Shown here: positions 1 through 11,216 of the stretch, piece after piece
How positions within the stretch are numbered: position 1 is the stretch's first letter
Layout: each line of letters opens with the position of its first letter
From: Perkinsus chesapeaki ATCC PRA-425
Lineage: Eukaryota; Protista; Perkinsozoa
NCBI GenBank assembly: GCA_013115145.1
Contig: JAAPAO010000069.1
Span: forward strand, 1 to 64,000
DNA length: 64,000 nucleotides
Direction: 5' to 3'
The notes under the pieces: generated by a model
Database searches by the model: none
The model's input: the letters and a program-made list of their open reading frames with translations, nothing else
What the model was told of the DNA's origin: nothing
Position numbers and translations under genes: made by a program

Positions 1-200
1 GCGTCACCGTCATCACCAGGGACTGCAACCTTAGCTGCGGCATCCCAGAAGCTCTCGCGCAAACGCGCTACTACTTGGAGGGAGAGGCCCTTAGCCTGCT
101 GTAAAACGAAAGCCCGAGCTTCGACGTCAAGCGCTCCGTCACCGGGGACAACCGCCTCTATGACGCGCTGCAGGATAGCCTCTGCCTGAGGAGCCGCCAT
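1..200 (-). CDS. 5' part of an ORF running off the left edge (MAAPQAEAILQRVIEAVVPGDGALDVEARAFVLQQAKGLSLQVVARLRESFWDAAAK...), possibly a transposon protein
   Basis: ATG at 200-198 and open frame to the window edge. No intron is visible and no family was recognised. Confidence 0.35.
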   Translation of the reverse strand, partial: MAAPQAEAILQRVIEAVVPGDGALDVEARAFVLQQAKGLSLQVVARLRESFWDAAAKVAVPGDDGD

Positions 201-1064
201 GCACGATGAAACGTGTGGAACAGGCTAAATCTATATGACAAAGAAACCTCCGAACAACTCTGAGAACCCAATGCTTAGCTTTGGGTATGTAACTCTCAGC
301 ATCACTTTACGTGTGGAGGGCTGTCTAGTGAACATTAGTCACTAGCGTGGCACAACTTGTGCGGTGTGGGCCTGGTGCAAAGCTGAGTGATTCAACGAGC
401 TCACGGAGTTGGCGAAACACCAGCCTCGATCAACGGGCGAGGGCACATACAGTGTGCCACATAGTACTTGTCACCAGGGAATACCCGCGGCAACAGACCG
501 ACAGTGCCGAAAGTTTCATATCAAGACTCCCCGAACTAAACACTGTCCCATCAAGGAAACAACAGCACAGGTCTTCAATAAGACCACGTACTATTAGTCA
601 ACTGATACTACAGAGTTCTTACGGGAAACGCCCGAGCGCGATTCGTGCTTCGACCAAACCGCTTAACATGTTTCAAGCCCGAACTTCGAGCCGTGCACAG
701 CGCCGCTGAACCCAGCTATATGGTTCGCACACGCGCAACGTACACGTTGTATCGGCCAGACGGTAGGGGTGCATAGCAGGGCGCCCTAGCCTGACCCGAT
801 CTGGTCTTGAAAAAGACCATCCATCGAGTGAGTGAACCCACAGATGGGTGAACTCGCCGATCCCTACTCGTAGAGCGGGGGTGGTTTGCAGTCCCCTTGG
901 GACGCGCTAACCATTTCGGGAGAGCACATTTGCTCATCACCACGGAATGCCCCGCGGGCGGTCCTTCACGGCCTGTAGCCTGGCGGAACAGGCGGCGAAA
1001 ATCGGTGGGCCGGCCACCGCGATTGGAGAATTTAAAATTAATCAGGGCATTAAAAAAATCGAGA

Positions 1065-1232
1065 CTCGAGCAACACTGACTAGCCTCAGTGTTCGAGTGT
1101 CCCCGTGTCTACAACACGCACGCGTTGCGTCGCACGCGTGCTCAAATTACTCCTCGCGCGTGCTGTGTGATAACCTAGGGAAACCCTGCAGTCGCGTGAT
1201 TTCCCCTCCAAGAAAACGCTGACTCGTTTTCT
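1065..1232. mobile_element. Cluster of short inverted repeats, candidate mobile-element terminus
   Basis: Hairpins: AACACTGA/TCAGTGTT (1072-1093), GCACGCGT/ACGCGTGC (1118-1141), AGGG-AAA-CCCT (1177-1187) and AGAAAACG/CGTTTTCT (1211-1232). The last directly abuts the premature end of the protease ORF. Confidence 0.3.
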
Positions 1233-1865
1233 CTACGCTAGAAATGACATCGGAGTCTCATACAGGCGCGGGTCTTCACCTCCGAGAATGAGCTGTCCAG
1301 TATGATGGTCGCCAGCCGTAAGATACATAGAGAAATCCCGGCTACCGATAAGTTTTTGGGATGATAATTGATCAACGAATGTATCAAATGAACTCCGGGG
1401 CTTTCTCTTCAGCCCAAGGCCCAGACCCGCATGGGTTGTGCTGTAGCCAGGAGTGTACTTGTAGGCCGATGTTAAACCGAAAGTGAAAGAGGTAGAGCTG
1501 GCGTCGGCTAGTTGTAGTTGCCCAGGCCTTTCGAACATGGTGACGGCCGCACCGTCTTCGAATGGCACTTCCGTAGTCGGCCCCACTTCACATGGCCCAG
1601 GGTTACACTCATAGCACCTATAAACCATTTCGTCACATCGTTTTCGCTCAGTAACTTCATACCAATACTTCCAGATAAGGAATGTGTACGAAGATCCAGT
1701 ATCTACCAGAGCTGATACTTCTTGACCATCAACCTTGAGTTTTGCCACTAGCACATAAGTTTTGTCAGCATCGCTCTGCACTTCCCGTGAAATGGGTAAC
1801 TTAACCATTTGGGATAGCACACGGTTTGCAAATATAATGACCAGCAAGTTACCAAAAGGATCCAT
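1233..1865 (-). CDS. Pepsin-like (A1) aspartyl protease, N-terminal lobe only (truncated, possible pseudogene)
   Basis: Signal-peptide-like N-terminus, VDTGSS catalytic motif, GLGLG, and FSMYL...GQLILGG. The ORF stops at the inter-lobe region and no second D[TS]G lobe is found downstream. Confidence 0.8.
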   Translation of the reverse strand: MDPFGNLLVIIFANRVLSQMVKLPISREVQSDADKTYVLVAKLKVDGQEVSALVDTGSSYTFLIWKYWYEVTERKRCDEMVYRCYECNPGPCEVGPTTEVPFEDGAAVTMFERPGQLQLADASSTSFTFGLTSAYKYTPGYSTTHAGLGLGLKRKPRSSFDTFVDQLSSQKLIGSRDFSMYLTAGDHHTGQLILGGEDPRLYETPMSFLA

Positions 1866-2126
1866 ATCTCTGTATGATATTAGATAGTTGTATATCTAAC
1901 GTTGTTGCTTTCACACTTCACGAGGTGCTTCGCACGCAAACGCAAGTGTGGTGTCTACGTGAGTCACGTAACGTGACCGAGCAGTTTTGTCCCCAGCTTC
2001 TTCTATTGGCCGTATCAATTGAAGATGTACCTCCATTCACTCACCTAACTCAACACCTAACATCCGATCCTTATCAGTGGAAGCTTGGTATTTATGATAC
2101 TCTTTGTTGCAATGTTGTATTCAAAT

Positions 2127-5033
2127 CTAGGGAAGCCATTCAAAATAAACTAGCAAGAACGCTGCAAGTCCCGTGAACAGTAACGGGACGATATAGGAAC
2201 GAAGTGATACGATTATCTGCAAAATATCTGCCGGACTTTGATCCAAGTAGGGCATGTCCAGGGCCTCGGCAACACCGGCTCGAACGATCTTCGAATCGTA
2301 CTCGAACGTACAGGATTTGAAGCCATGGCGTGTTTGACATCCAGGGCAATGTCGGATCATATTGCACATTTGATTCTCAAGCATATGGCAGCCTATCATG
2401 GCGAAACGCTCAGTTGAGCATGTTGTTGTCTGAACAAGTCCACCATGAGTGTCGAAGATATGAGACACCAAGTCGTTCTCGCTGACGATCGTAACGGACT
2501 GGTTATGGGTTGCCTGACATTGAGGAACATTACAGCCCAGATGGGGCCTCAGGCACATAATGTGGATTGTGCATAAGTCAGGAAAAGAGGATGATTGCTC
2601 ACCTGGAAGTCTTGGCGTCTATCCGGTGCATATCTATAAAGGTGTTTACTAATAGATTGGTACATACCAGGTGGTGAGAATGCCACAACTGGCTTATTAA
2701 CTAATGCTGCGGCAGCAAGGGCGATACCACCACCAAGAGAGTGACCAGTGAAAACAACTTCACGTTGAGCGAGCCTATCTGCCGAAGCTTCGACGTATTC
2801 GATTATCTGTAAGAAACGGGTATTCGAAAGCTCACACAGTTTGAACTACCTTCGTTATCTTATAGTCGGCTCGAGGTATCCCCATAGCTGATAGAATCTC
2901 CTGCTCTGCATCCAATACCATAGCAGTTGTACCAGGTGACCAAATCTTAACTGTTGGAAAGACTGTACTGAGGAGGGAGGTAACCACTGGCTCTGTCCAC
3001 ATTCTTATATCTTCATTGTAGTCGCTGGCGCGCAAAACATCAGTTCCTTTTATCGCAATCACAGTTCTATTCTCGTCGACTTGGATCTCAACCCAGAACC
3101 TATCATCTCCTTCATCAATCGGGATCACTTCCATGCCTTGTCCTGGAAAGAATGCGTCTATCGCAGCTTGTTGGTCTTCCAGAGTGGTGAAGTACGCAGC
3201 CAAAGTCATGAGACCATAGTCTGTAATGTGAAGGCCGCAGAAGTATTGATCGCATATAGCGTAACGGGCAAGGTACTCAGGCTCGGTATCAAGATTGAGA
3301 GAACCATCACGGGCGAAGTTTGAACTCATCACAGCATGGTCAACCGTCACTCGATCGTCATTAGGAGACTTGTGAACTGAGATGAAGGGTGTACTGGGAT
3401 AGAGGCCTCGGTTATCTTGTACGCAAGCGAGGATACCCAGTCCGAGCCGCACTGCTAAGAATAGGAGCAGGAGCCCAAGGAAGACTCGCAAGACCAGCAC
3501 ACACCAGGCTCTCTCGACACCATGGATCCTTCTCTTCGACCGGCCTGTACGAGGTGCAGTGATCAAAGGAATGGATGCTCGCTTAATGAGTTGACGCATG
3601 AGATGAGCCCATACAACGAGCCTTGCCCCACCAGCCGAAATCTGAGCTACCTCGCAGAGAATACCAGATACCACGTACGTCAGAGCGGTGGCAACAGCGA
3701 ATCTGTAAAACTTAACATATCGAAGTGAGATATAGGCATATGTACACCACCATACTAGTACTAATAATGCCGGGTAGACCAAGGTAAGAACAATAAGATC
3801 ATTTTGAGCATATGTAAATCCCATTTGGGGACTAGCGAATCCTCTAAAGAATAGCAAGAGCATTGGAACAAGGAACATACATTTAAATTGTATAGTATTC
3901 TCAAGCCACATAGAATCATCATAAAATGCATCCTTTTGCCAATCTGATAAACTAATCTCTTTAACAACTATATGTGAAACATATAACAATTGTAACATCC
4001 ATAAGAGTATAAGTATACCATCCATAGTTTGAGGGGATACACCAATTGATACAAGATGTGGTGCAATGAAATTATATATCGAAGTCCTACCAGCAACATC
4101 TAATCCAAAAAGTGGATAGAATGTCCATTGTAATAATCGTGTGACGGATATTGGACCGAGAATGCAATAACCAGCCCACATTATCAAAGTTGATTTCCAA
4201 CTCTTAGCGGCGCCGACACCAGCGGCACGATACCAACGAGGGAATATAAACTGAAATTGTTGTGTCCATTGGAATAGTCCAACTAAGAGGGAGAATCGAC
4301 ACATCCTATTTAAACGACTTGATGCATCTGCCAATCCCTGTAACCAATCTACACGTAGACACCAGACACCGAGTTCACATAGTAGAGGTATGATACTTAT
4401 TATCGCAGTCGTTACAAGTAGCACCATGATAGTCCCATACAAAAGCATTTTGGCCTGCTTTCTTCTGCGAATTTCTTCCCTCCCCGGCACTGTTGCTCGG
4501 CGTGGAGACCTCGGTTGTGTGGGTACACCGGTGAAAACCGGGTTACTCCCAGTAGACCGAGGTGAAGATTCTCCTGTCGTCACAGGAGGCGCCAACAGGT
4601 CCCTAAGACTCGGGTACTCGGCGTAGGACTGCCAACCTATATCCCACAGGCTCAGACCGAGGAACCACGAGCAGCGAATAATCGCATAGAACACGTAGCA
4701 TTTTGTTGTAGACATCAGAAGGTCATACCAGGACAGATCGTTACCAGCAAAGACATAGTTGAACCAGGCAATGAACTGTGACACTATACCGGAGAGAGCG
4801 AGGACGACTAGCCCACCGAGCATACCCATAGCCTGTATGAAGACATAGAGCATACCAATAGCAAGGAGGGAATCAGCACGAGGCACCAATCTAGTTAGTA
4901 GAGTTGGAATAAATGAGAATGCCACATGAGATATCTTTCCTGTGAGGTAGCAGCACGCAAAAAGGAGACCGCGCCTACGGGAAGTCCGCTTCACCGGCTT
5001 GTAGTCGTCTGGATGCCGGTACTGAACGGACAT
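2127..5033 (-). CDS. Multi-pass membrane protein with C-terminal class-3 (Atg15-like) lipase domain, copy B (3 exons)
   Basis: ORF 2832-5033 has many hydrophobic segments and VIAIKGT. An exon at ~2587-2810 encodes VVFTGHSLGGG...PVVAFSPPG. The last exon (2127-~2520) has ENDLV and GCHMLE plus a terminal TM. Confidence 0.85.
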
Positions 5034-5151
5034 TGTGAACTGAGTCGGAGTTCTCGAGATTCAGCCACTCGATCGGTACGGTAACTCAGTCGAACGCAAC
5101 AAGGAATCGAATACTGTGCAACCCTCTAAAAGCAATGGTACGTGTATAAAA

Positions 5152-8130
5152 TCAAGGCAACCATTCAAACGATGCCATCAGTACTATAACCAACAGAGCT
5201 AGTATCAGACTGGCGATATAATACCGTGAAGACTCTAGAATGTTACGCAAATCCACGGACATAGAACCAACGTAGGGTACATCGAACATTTGTGCAATGT
5301 TAGCTACAATAATCTTAGAATCATATTCGAATTGGCAAGAGTCAAAACCGTGCCGACTTCGACTCCCTCGGCAATGTCGAATCAGATTGCATACAGTGTT
5401 CTCCAGCATGTGACACCCAACCATAGCGAGGTGCTCAGTGCTGCATGTAATCGTTTGAACCAAACCAGCGTGAGTGTCAAAGATATGTGAGACCACGTCG
5501 TTCTCTCCTATTATAGTGACGGACTGGTTGTGGGTGGCCTGAAACAGGAGCCGCGGCATCCAACAGCGTCTTACAAAGTCGAATAATGATAAATTGAAAC
5601 GTAAAAGTCTATAGTGTAGAAGAAACAGTTGTACTGCAAATATGACGGTAAGTTATTCTGTGACGTTGCTAAGCTCTCCGACATACCTGAAAGGCCTGTC
5701 GTCTATCCGGTGCATATCTATAAAGGTGTTTACTAATAGATTGGTACATACCAGGTGGTGAGAATGCAACAACTGGCTTATTAACTAATGCTGCGGCAGC
5801 AAGGGCGATACCACCACCAAGAGAGTGACCAGTGAAAACAACTTCACGTTGAGCGAGCCTATCTGCCGAAGCTTCGACGTATTCGATAATCTGAAAGGAG
5901 AAAGCCATCGAGACAATATACGACAACTACTTCCTCATGCACTTACTCTGGTGAGCTTATAGTCGGCTCGAGGTATCCCCATAGCTGATAGAATCTCCTG
6001 CTCTGCATCCAATACCATAGCAGTTGTACCAGGTGACCAAATCTTAACGGTTGGAAAGACTGTACTGAGCAGGGAGGTAACCACTGGCTCTGTCCACATT
6101 CTTATATCTTCATTATAATCGCTGGCCCTCCAGAAGTCGGTGCCTTTGACCGCTATGACCGACAGATTGTCATCCACCTGTATCTCGACCCAAAACTGAT
6201 CACTGCCGTCGGCCGCGGGGATAACCTTCATTCCTTGCCCAGGAAAGAATGCATCGATAGCTTCCTGCTGGGTCTTCTCTGTGGTGAAGTACGCAGCCAG
6301 ACTCATCATGCCGTAGTCGGTAACGTGGAGGCCCCAGAACTCCTGGTCGCATACTGCGTAGCGCGCCATCTGAGCCGGTCCGTATCCTAGAGAGTCGTCC
6401 CTAGCAAAGCTGGAGCTCATGATAGCATGGTCTACGGTAACAGCAGGGCACGTAGAGCTCTCCTCGAGCTTGATGAAGGGCACACGAGGATAAAGCCGCC
6501 GATTCTCCTGGATGGTGGCCAGGACGCCAAAGCCTATCATAACACCCATGAAGAGGCTTACGAGTCCAAGAGACACGCGTATTACCAGAACGCACCAAGA
6601 ACGTTCCATACCGTGGGTCTGTCTGAGGGAGCCCTTGCAGCTGTTGGGGTGTCGAGCTGTGATCAGGGGAAGCGATGCCCTTTTGATGAGTTGCCGCATT
6701 AGATGCGCCCAGACGATAAGCCGTGCCCCGCCGGCCGATATACCCGCTATCTCACAGATGGTGCCAGATATGAAATAGGTGAGGATAGCAGCCAATGCGA
6801 ACCGGGCAAACTTGACGTGACGCAGTGAGATATAGGCATATGTACACCACCATACTAGTACTAATAATGCCGGATAGACCAAGGTAAGAACAATAAGATC
6901 ATTTTGAGCATATGTGAATCCCATTTGGGGACTAGCGAATCCTCTAAAGAATAACAAGAGCATCGGAACAAGGAACATACATTTAAATTGTATAGTATTC
7001 TCAAGCCACATAGAATCATCATAAAATGCATCCTTTTGCCAATCTGATAAACTAATCTCTTTAACAACTATATGTGAAACATATAACAATTGTAACATCC
7101 ATAAGAGTATAAGTATACCATCCATAGTTTGAGGGGATACACCAATTGATACAAGATGAGGTACAATGAAATTATATATCGAAGTCCTACCAGCAACATC
7201 TAATCCAAAAAGTGGATAGAATGTCCATTGTAATAATCGTATGACGGATATTGGACCGAGAATGCAATAACCAGCCCACATTATCAAAGTTGATTTCCAA
7301 CTCTTAGCGGCGCCGACACCAGCGGCACGATACCAACGAGGGAATATAAACTGAAATTGTTGTGTCCATTGGAATAGTCCAACTAAGAGGGAGAATCGAC
7401 ACATCCTATTCAAACGACTTGATGCATCTGCCAATCCCTGTAACCAATCCACACGTAGACACCAGATCTTCGTTTCACACAGCAGTGGTATCAAAGCAAA
7501 AATGGCAGTCATTACGACCATCACCATAATAGGTCCGTACAGCAGCATCTTGGCCTGTTTGTCTATACGGCGGGCCTTCGCGGCGCCCGGAGCCGAAGCA
7601 GCTCTGCGAGGGGACAGTGGAACTGAAGGACCGTCCCTCGCAGATGGGCTACTATCGCGCCGATCGCGCGAGCCTGAGTTGTACATCTGCTCGGGCGGCG
7701 CGAGAAGGTCTCTTAGGGTAGGGTACTCGGCGTAGGACTGCCAACCTATTTCCCACAGGCTCAGGCCGAGGAACCACGAGCAGCGAATAACTGCATAGAA
7801 GATGTAACAGGTTGTTGTTGATGCAAGGAGATCATACCAGGACACAGAGTTACCAGCAAAGACATAGTTGAACCAGGCGATGAACTGTGACACTATACCG
7901 GAGAGAGCGAGGACATCTAGGCCCCAAAGCATACCCATAGCCTGAATGAAGACATACAGCATGCCAATAGCAAGGAGGGAATCAGCACGAGGCACCAATC
8001 TAGTTAGTAGAGTTGGAATGAATGAGAATGCCACATGGAATATCTTTCCCGTGAGGTAGCAGCACGCAAAAAGGAGACCACGGGGGCGCTTGGATTCTTT
8101 GCCTTTAAGTCCTGTCGATGTCTCAGTCAT
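5152..8130 (-). CDS. Multi-pass membrane class-3 lipase, copy A (tandem paralog)
   Basis: Same architecture as copy B, with GHSLGG in the 5669-5926 ORF. The likely start is MTETSTG at 8130, which aligns with the start of copy B. Confidence 0.85.
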
Positions 8131-8212
8131 AGTTCGGAACAAAGGGCCTCGATCACACCACGTAACAGACCACATACTAACGCAACAAGCACTACAGAGA
8201 ATAAAACAACAC

Positions 8213-9816
8213 TCAATAGCGGCCGCCTCTGCCTCTTCTATGTCGGCTCCGGCTTCGGCTTCTAGAGCCGCCCGAATCACGGCTCGGTGATCTCGAACTG
8301 AAACATTGAACGCATGAACTCGATGTACCATAAAGCTGTATTCACCACCTTCCGCGACTACGGGAACGTCCTCGGTCCTGGTCCGCGTATTTGGCGTTGT
8401 AGTCCCGGAGAGAGTAGGCAGACAATCTGATAGGGGATGAGTGGAGCACTTGCTTAACGGTGCAATATAGACTGCGGACTGGCATCACGGCATATAGGGC
8501 GCCAGACTGACCTATGCCTATCCTTCTTATTTCCGCTTCCCTCGTCAAAGTAGGCTCCATTGAGTTCCCTTCTACACCGAACCGCATCACGGCGCACCGA
8601 GTACGATAGGAGGCAAAAGCAGGTACTGGAGGAGGAGGAGGAAGTGTCAGCCCTGCAGTTGGACAACAATACCACAGTAAAGCAAGTGGCAACCTACTTA
8701 GCATCTCCATCGGGGTTATCCGACCATTTAGAAACGAGCTGAAGGCTTTCAAGATCACGCCCTGAGGAGTGGAACAATATTTTAGTCAAGCGGCAGGGAT
8801 GGCACTACGAGCCTCTGGCAGCCTCAGGTGGGGAAAAGGTGCCGAGAAAACGTGAGGATAAGGTTGAAAAATAATAGTAGTGAATAATAGCGAACAGCAA
8901 CGATGGTGCATAAACATACACCAGTTCGTCTATCTTCCCCATTCAACAGCCTAGAAAGAGAGGTCTACTACGAGCACGAGTGAGCCGGCTTCTGTTCATA
9001 GTGGAGCAATCTATTGAGTAGCAGAGAAATCCGCAACAATCAGGCCTCTATCGAACACACGGAGAGTGCCACTCTGTTCACCGCACGAAAAATGCCAAGT
9101 TGATGCATTTGGCTCCTCCTTTTACAGCATTTTGGACTCATGGTCGGTAAGGTACGAAGTACGACTATTGAACCCTACCTTGATATTGCTCTCCTATTTT
9201 AGTCAATTCCTCCTCTGTGATATCTTTTGGAAAACCAACAATTATAACCTCGAACACCGATCCTTCTCGAGGAATTCTGAAACCAAACATTCCCCCTATG
9301 CTGCCGACCCTCCTCCTCCTACCGTCGTCGTTTCCTCTTAGCATCCTTCTCCTGTTGCACCGCCCCCGGGCCCTGAGGTGCTCCAGCTGAGCCTCTAATA
9401 ACAGCATAGTTAACCTGAAGTCCGCCTATGCCACCGGGTCACTAGGGAGCCCATACCTTCACGCGGGAGCCCAGGATATAGGTGCCGTTGATCTCGTCTT
9501 GGGCTCTCGAGGCATCTGACTCTACACCGTACTGAATGAAGGCCATAACCTGCCACAATGATGATGCCTCCCACACACACGGGACGAGGCTTACGTCTCT
9601 TGCAGTTGTAATGACACATATATCAGAAACCTGACCGTACTGTGAAAAGATACGCTGCAGCTCGTCTTTAACGTTCTCGACCGAGGTGTTCCTCGGAAGA
9701 CCTCCGACCCACACTCTAAGGTTGGAAGATTCCTATGAGGTTGATAGGCTACCCCACCTGGTATAGCTCTTCTCCATAGAAGCATCCTGAGCTGCTTTGG
9801 TGGTAGGCTTGGCCAT
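8213..9816 (-). CDS. SR-family splicing factor (two RRMs plus RS domain), multi-exon
   Basis: RRM1: VWVGGLPRN...MAFIQY...INGTYILGSRVKVNYA. RRM2: VFEVIIVGFPKDITEEEL...CLLSYSVRRDAVRCRRELNGAYF. The last exon encodes SRSPSRDSGGSRSRSRSRHRRGRGGRY with the stop at 8215-8213. Confidence 0.8.
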
Positions 9817-10142
9817 GGTGCCCTGTACTGCAACATGCAACGCTTGCTGCCCGTTAACTGATGGTAGCAAGCCCGGTGTTGGATACATAGAAAAGGAGAT
9901 ACCTGTGATGGTCAAGCCTTTATAGCAGCTAGGAACACAAGACCCCTTATTTATTATACGATATAGAGACATGCACAGGACCACAGCTTATGCTCGGTGT
10001 GGCTGGTATGGTAGGATATATATAGAGGAAATAGGGGGTGATAAAGGTAAGAAGAAATATCGATAGTGCAGTCCTGCAGAAAGGAACAACTCTTACAGTT
10101 GTTAAGTCGATATCGATGAAAACACTTTGTTGAATAATCATC

Positions 10143-10330
10143 AAAAATGCATATTATACCGCCTCCCTGGGAGTCGAACCTGTGCCCTCCAGATGGGAGA
10201 GAACAGCGGCACAGACCCCTGACGCTCCGACCAGATGCCTCTCAAAAACTGGAGCCGAGCCTCGCAGTGAGGGGGAATAGGACAGCGAGGAGACTGGAGT
10301 GCCCCGACTAGCCGGCATGCTGGGTACTAA
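10143..10330 (-). ncRNA. Putative Pol III-type structured element (tRNA-derived or unknown ncRNA)
   Basis: B-box GGTTCGACTCC at 10180-10170, T5 run at 10147-10143, and a perfect 7-bp stem CTGTGCC/GGCACAG (10180-10214). It does not fold into a cloverleaf. Confidence 0.3.
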
Positions 10331-11216
10331 AAAGACAGTTGTGAAATAACATAACAGCGGCATGAACCGACTGCCGAGTCCTCCTCATAGCAAGCTGAGG
10401 CCCTACTTTAAGTGTGATGATTGGCATTCGAGTCGGAGTGAGAAACAAGTTCCGAACATGTAGACAACAGAGAGACGGCTATAGAAAAGCACTTCACTGC
10501 GGCCAAGTTCTCTCAATAATCACTGCCGGTATATATTATGAGTAGCCCAAACGCATTAGTAATATCATTCGCACTTACCATCATCAGAACGGAGAACAGT
10601 TCCCGCCGTTTGCCTAACGGCTGTCGAGCTACTACTGCCACCCGTCGGTGTATCATTGGGCTCCTCCAATCTTGGAAATGAACGTAATGACCACTGTGAT
10701 GCCGCCCCAACAGTATCGCTCCCTAGCTCTTGAGACCCTCTTAATGGTCGGGATGCTAGTTCACAATCAAAGACAGATAAAGCGGAGCCGATGTACCTTG
10801 AAAGGTAGGGATATACAACCCGTCGAATTGATAGCTGTATCAGTATTATTTCGGCGTATTAAGACCACATATATGAGTTTACTAATACTCTGGAGATTAG
10901 CAACGCGATTATATAGTCTAACTCAGAGCTACCCTATACTAGAGCAGTACCATCACCACAGCCTATTCATAGAGAAGCATCCCCGAGCGTTCCCAGAAGG
11001 AATTCATGCTGCATTTCCTTGTGGTGTGGGATCCTATTCGTTTTGCAATACTGTCTAATCCCCGAAGGGCACTTGAGTACCCCCCAGCCGTCCCTTTACA
11101 TTACTCTTCATCTGATATCATTCTCCCAGTAGAGCTAAGCACACCTCCTTCCAATGCCTCGGCGGTCCTCGCTTTATTGGCTGGTAATCCTCGCCGTGAA
11201 CCCCTATGACGGCCTA

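Noticed and set aside
8131-8331. N-terminal extension of ORF 5935-8331 (MVHRVHAF...AAAIECC)
   Set aside because: It is an out-of-frame read-through of the SR gene's last intron and RS exon. The paralog comparison places the lipase start at 8130.
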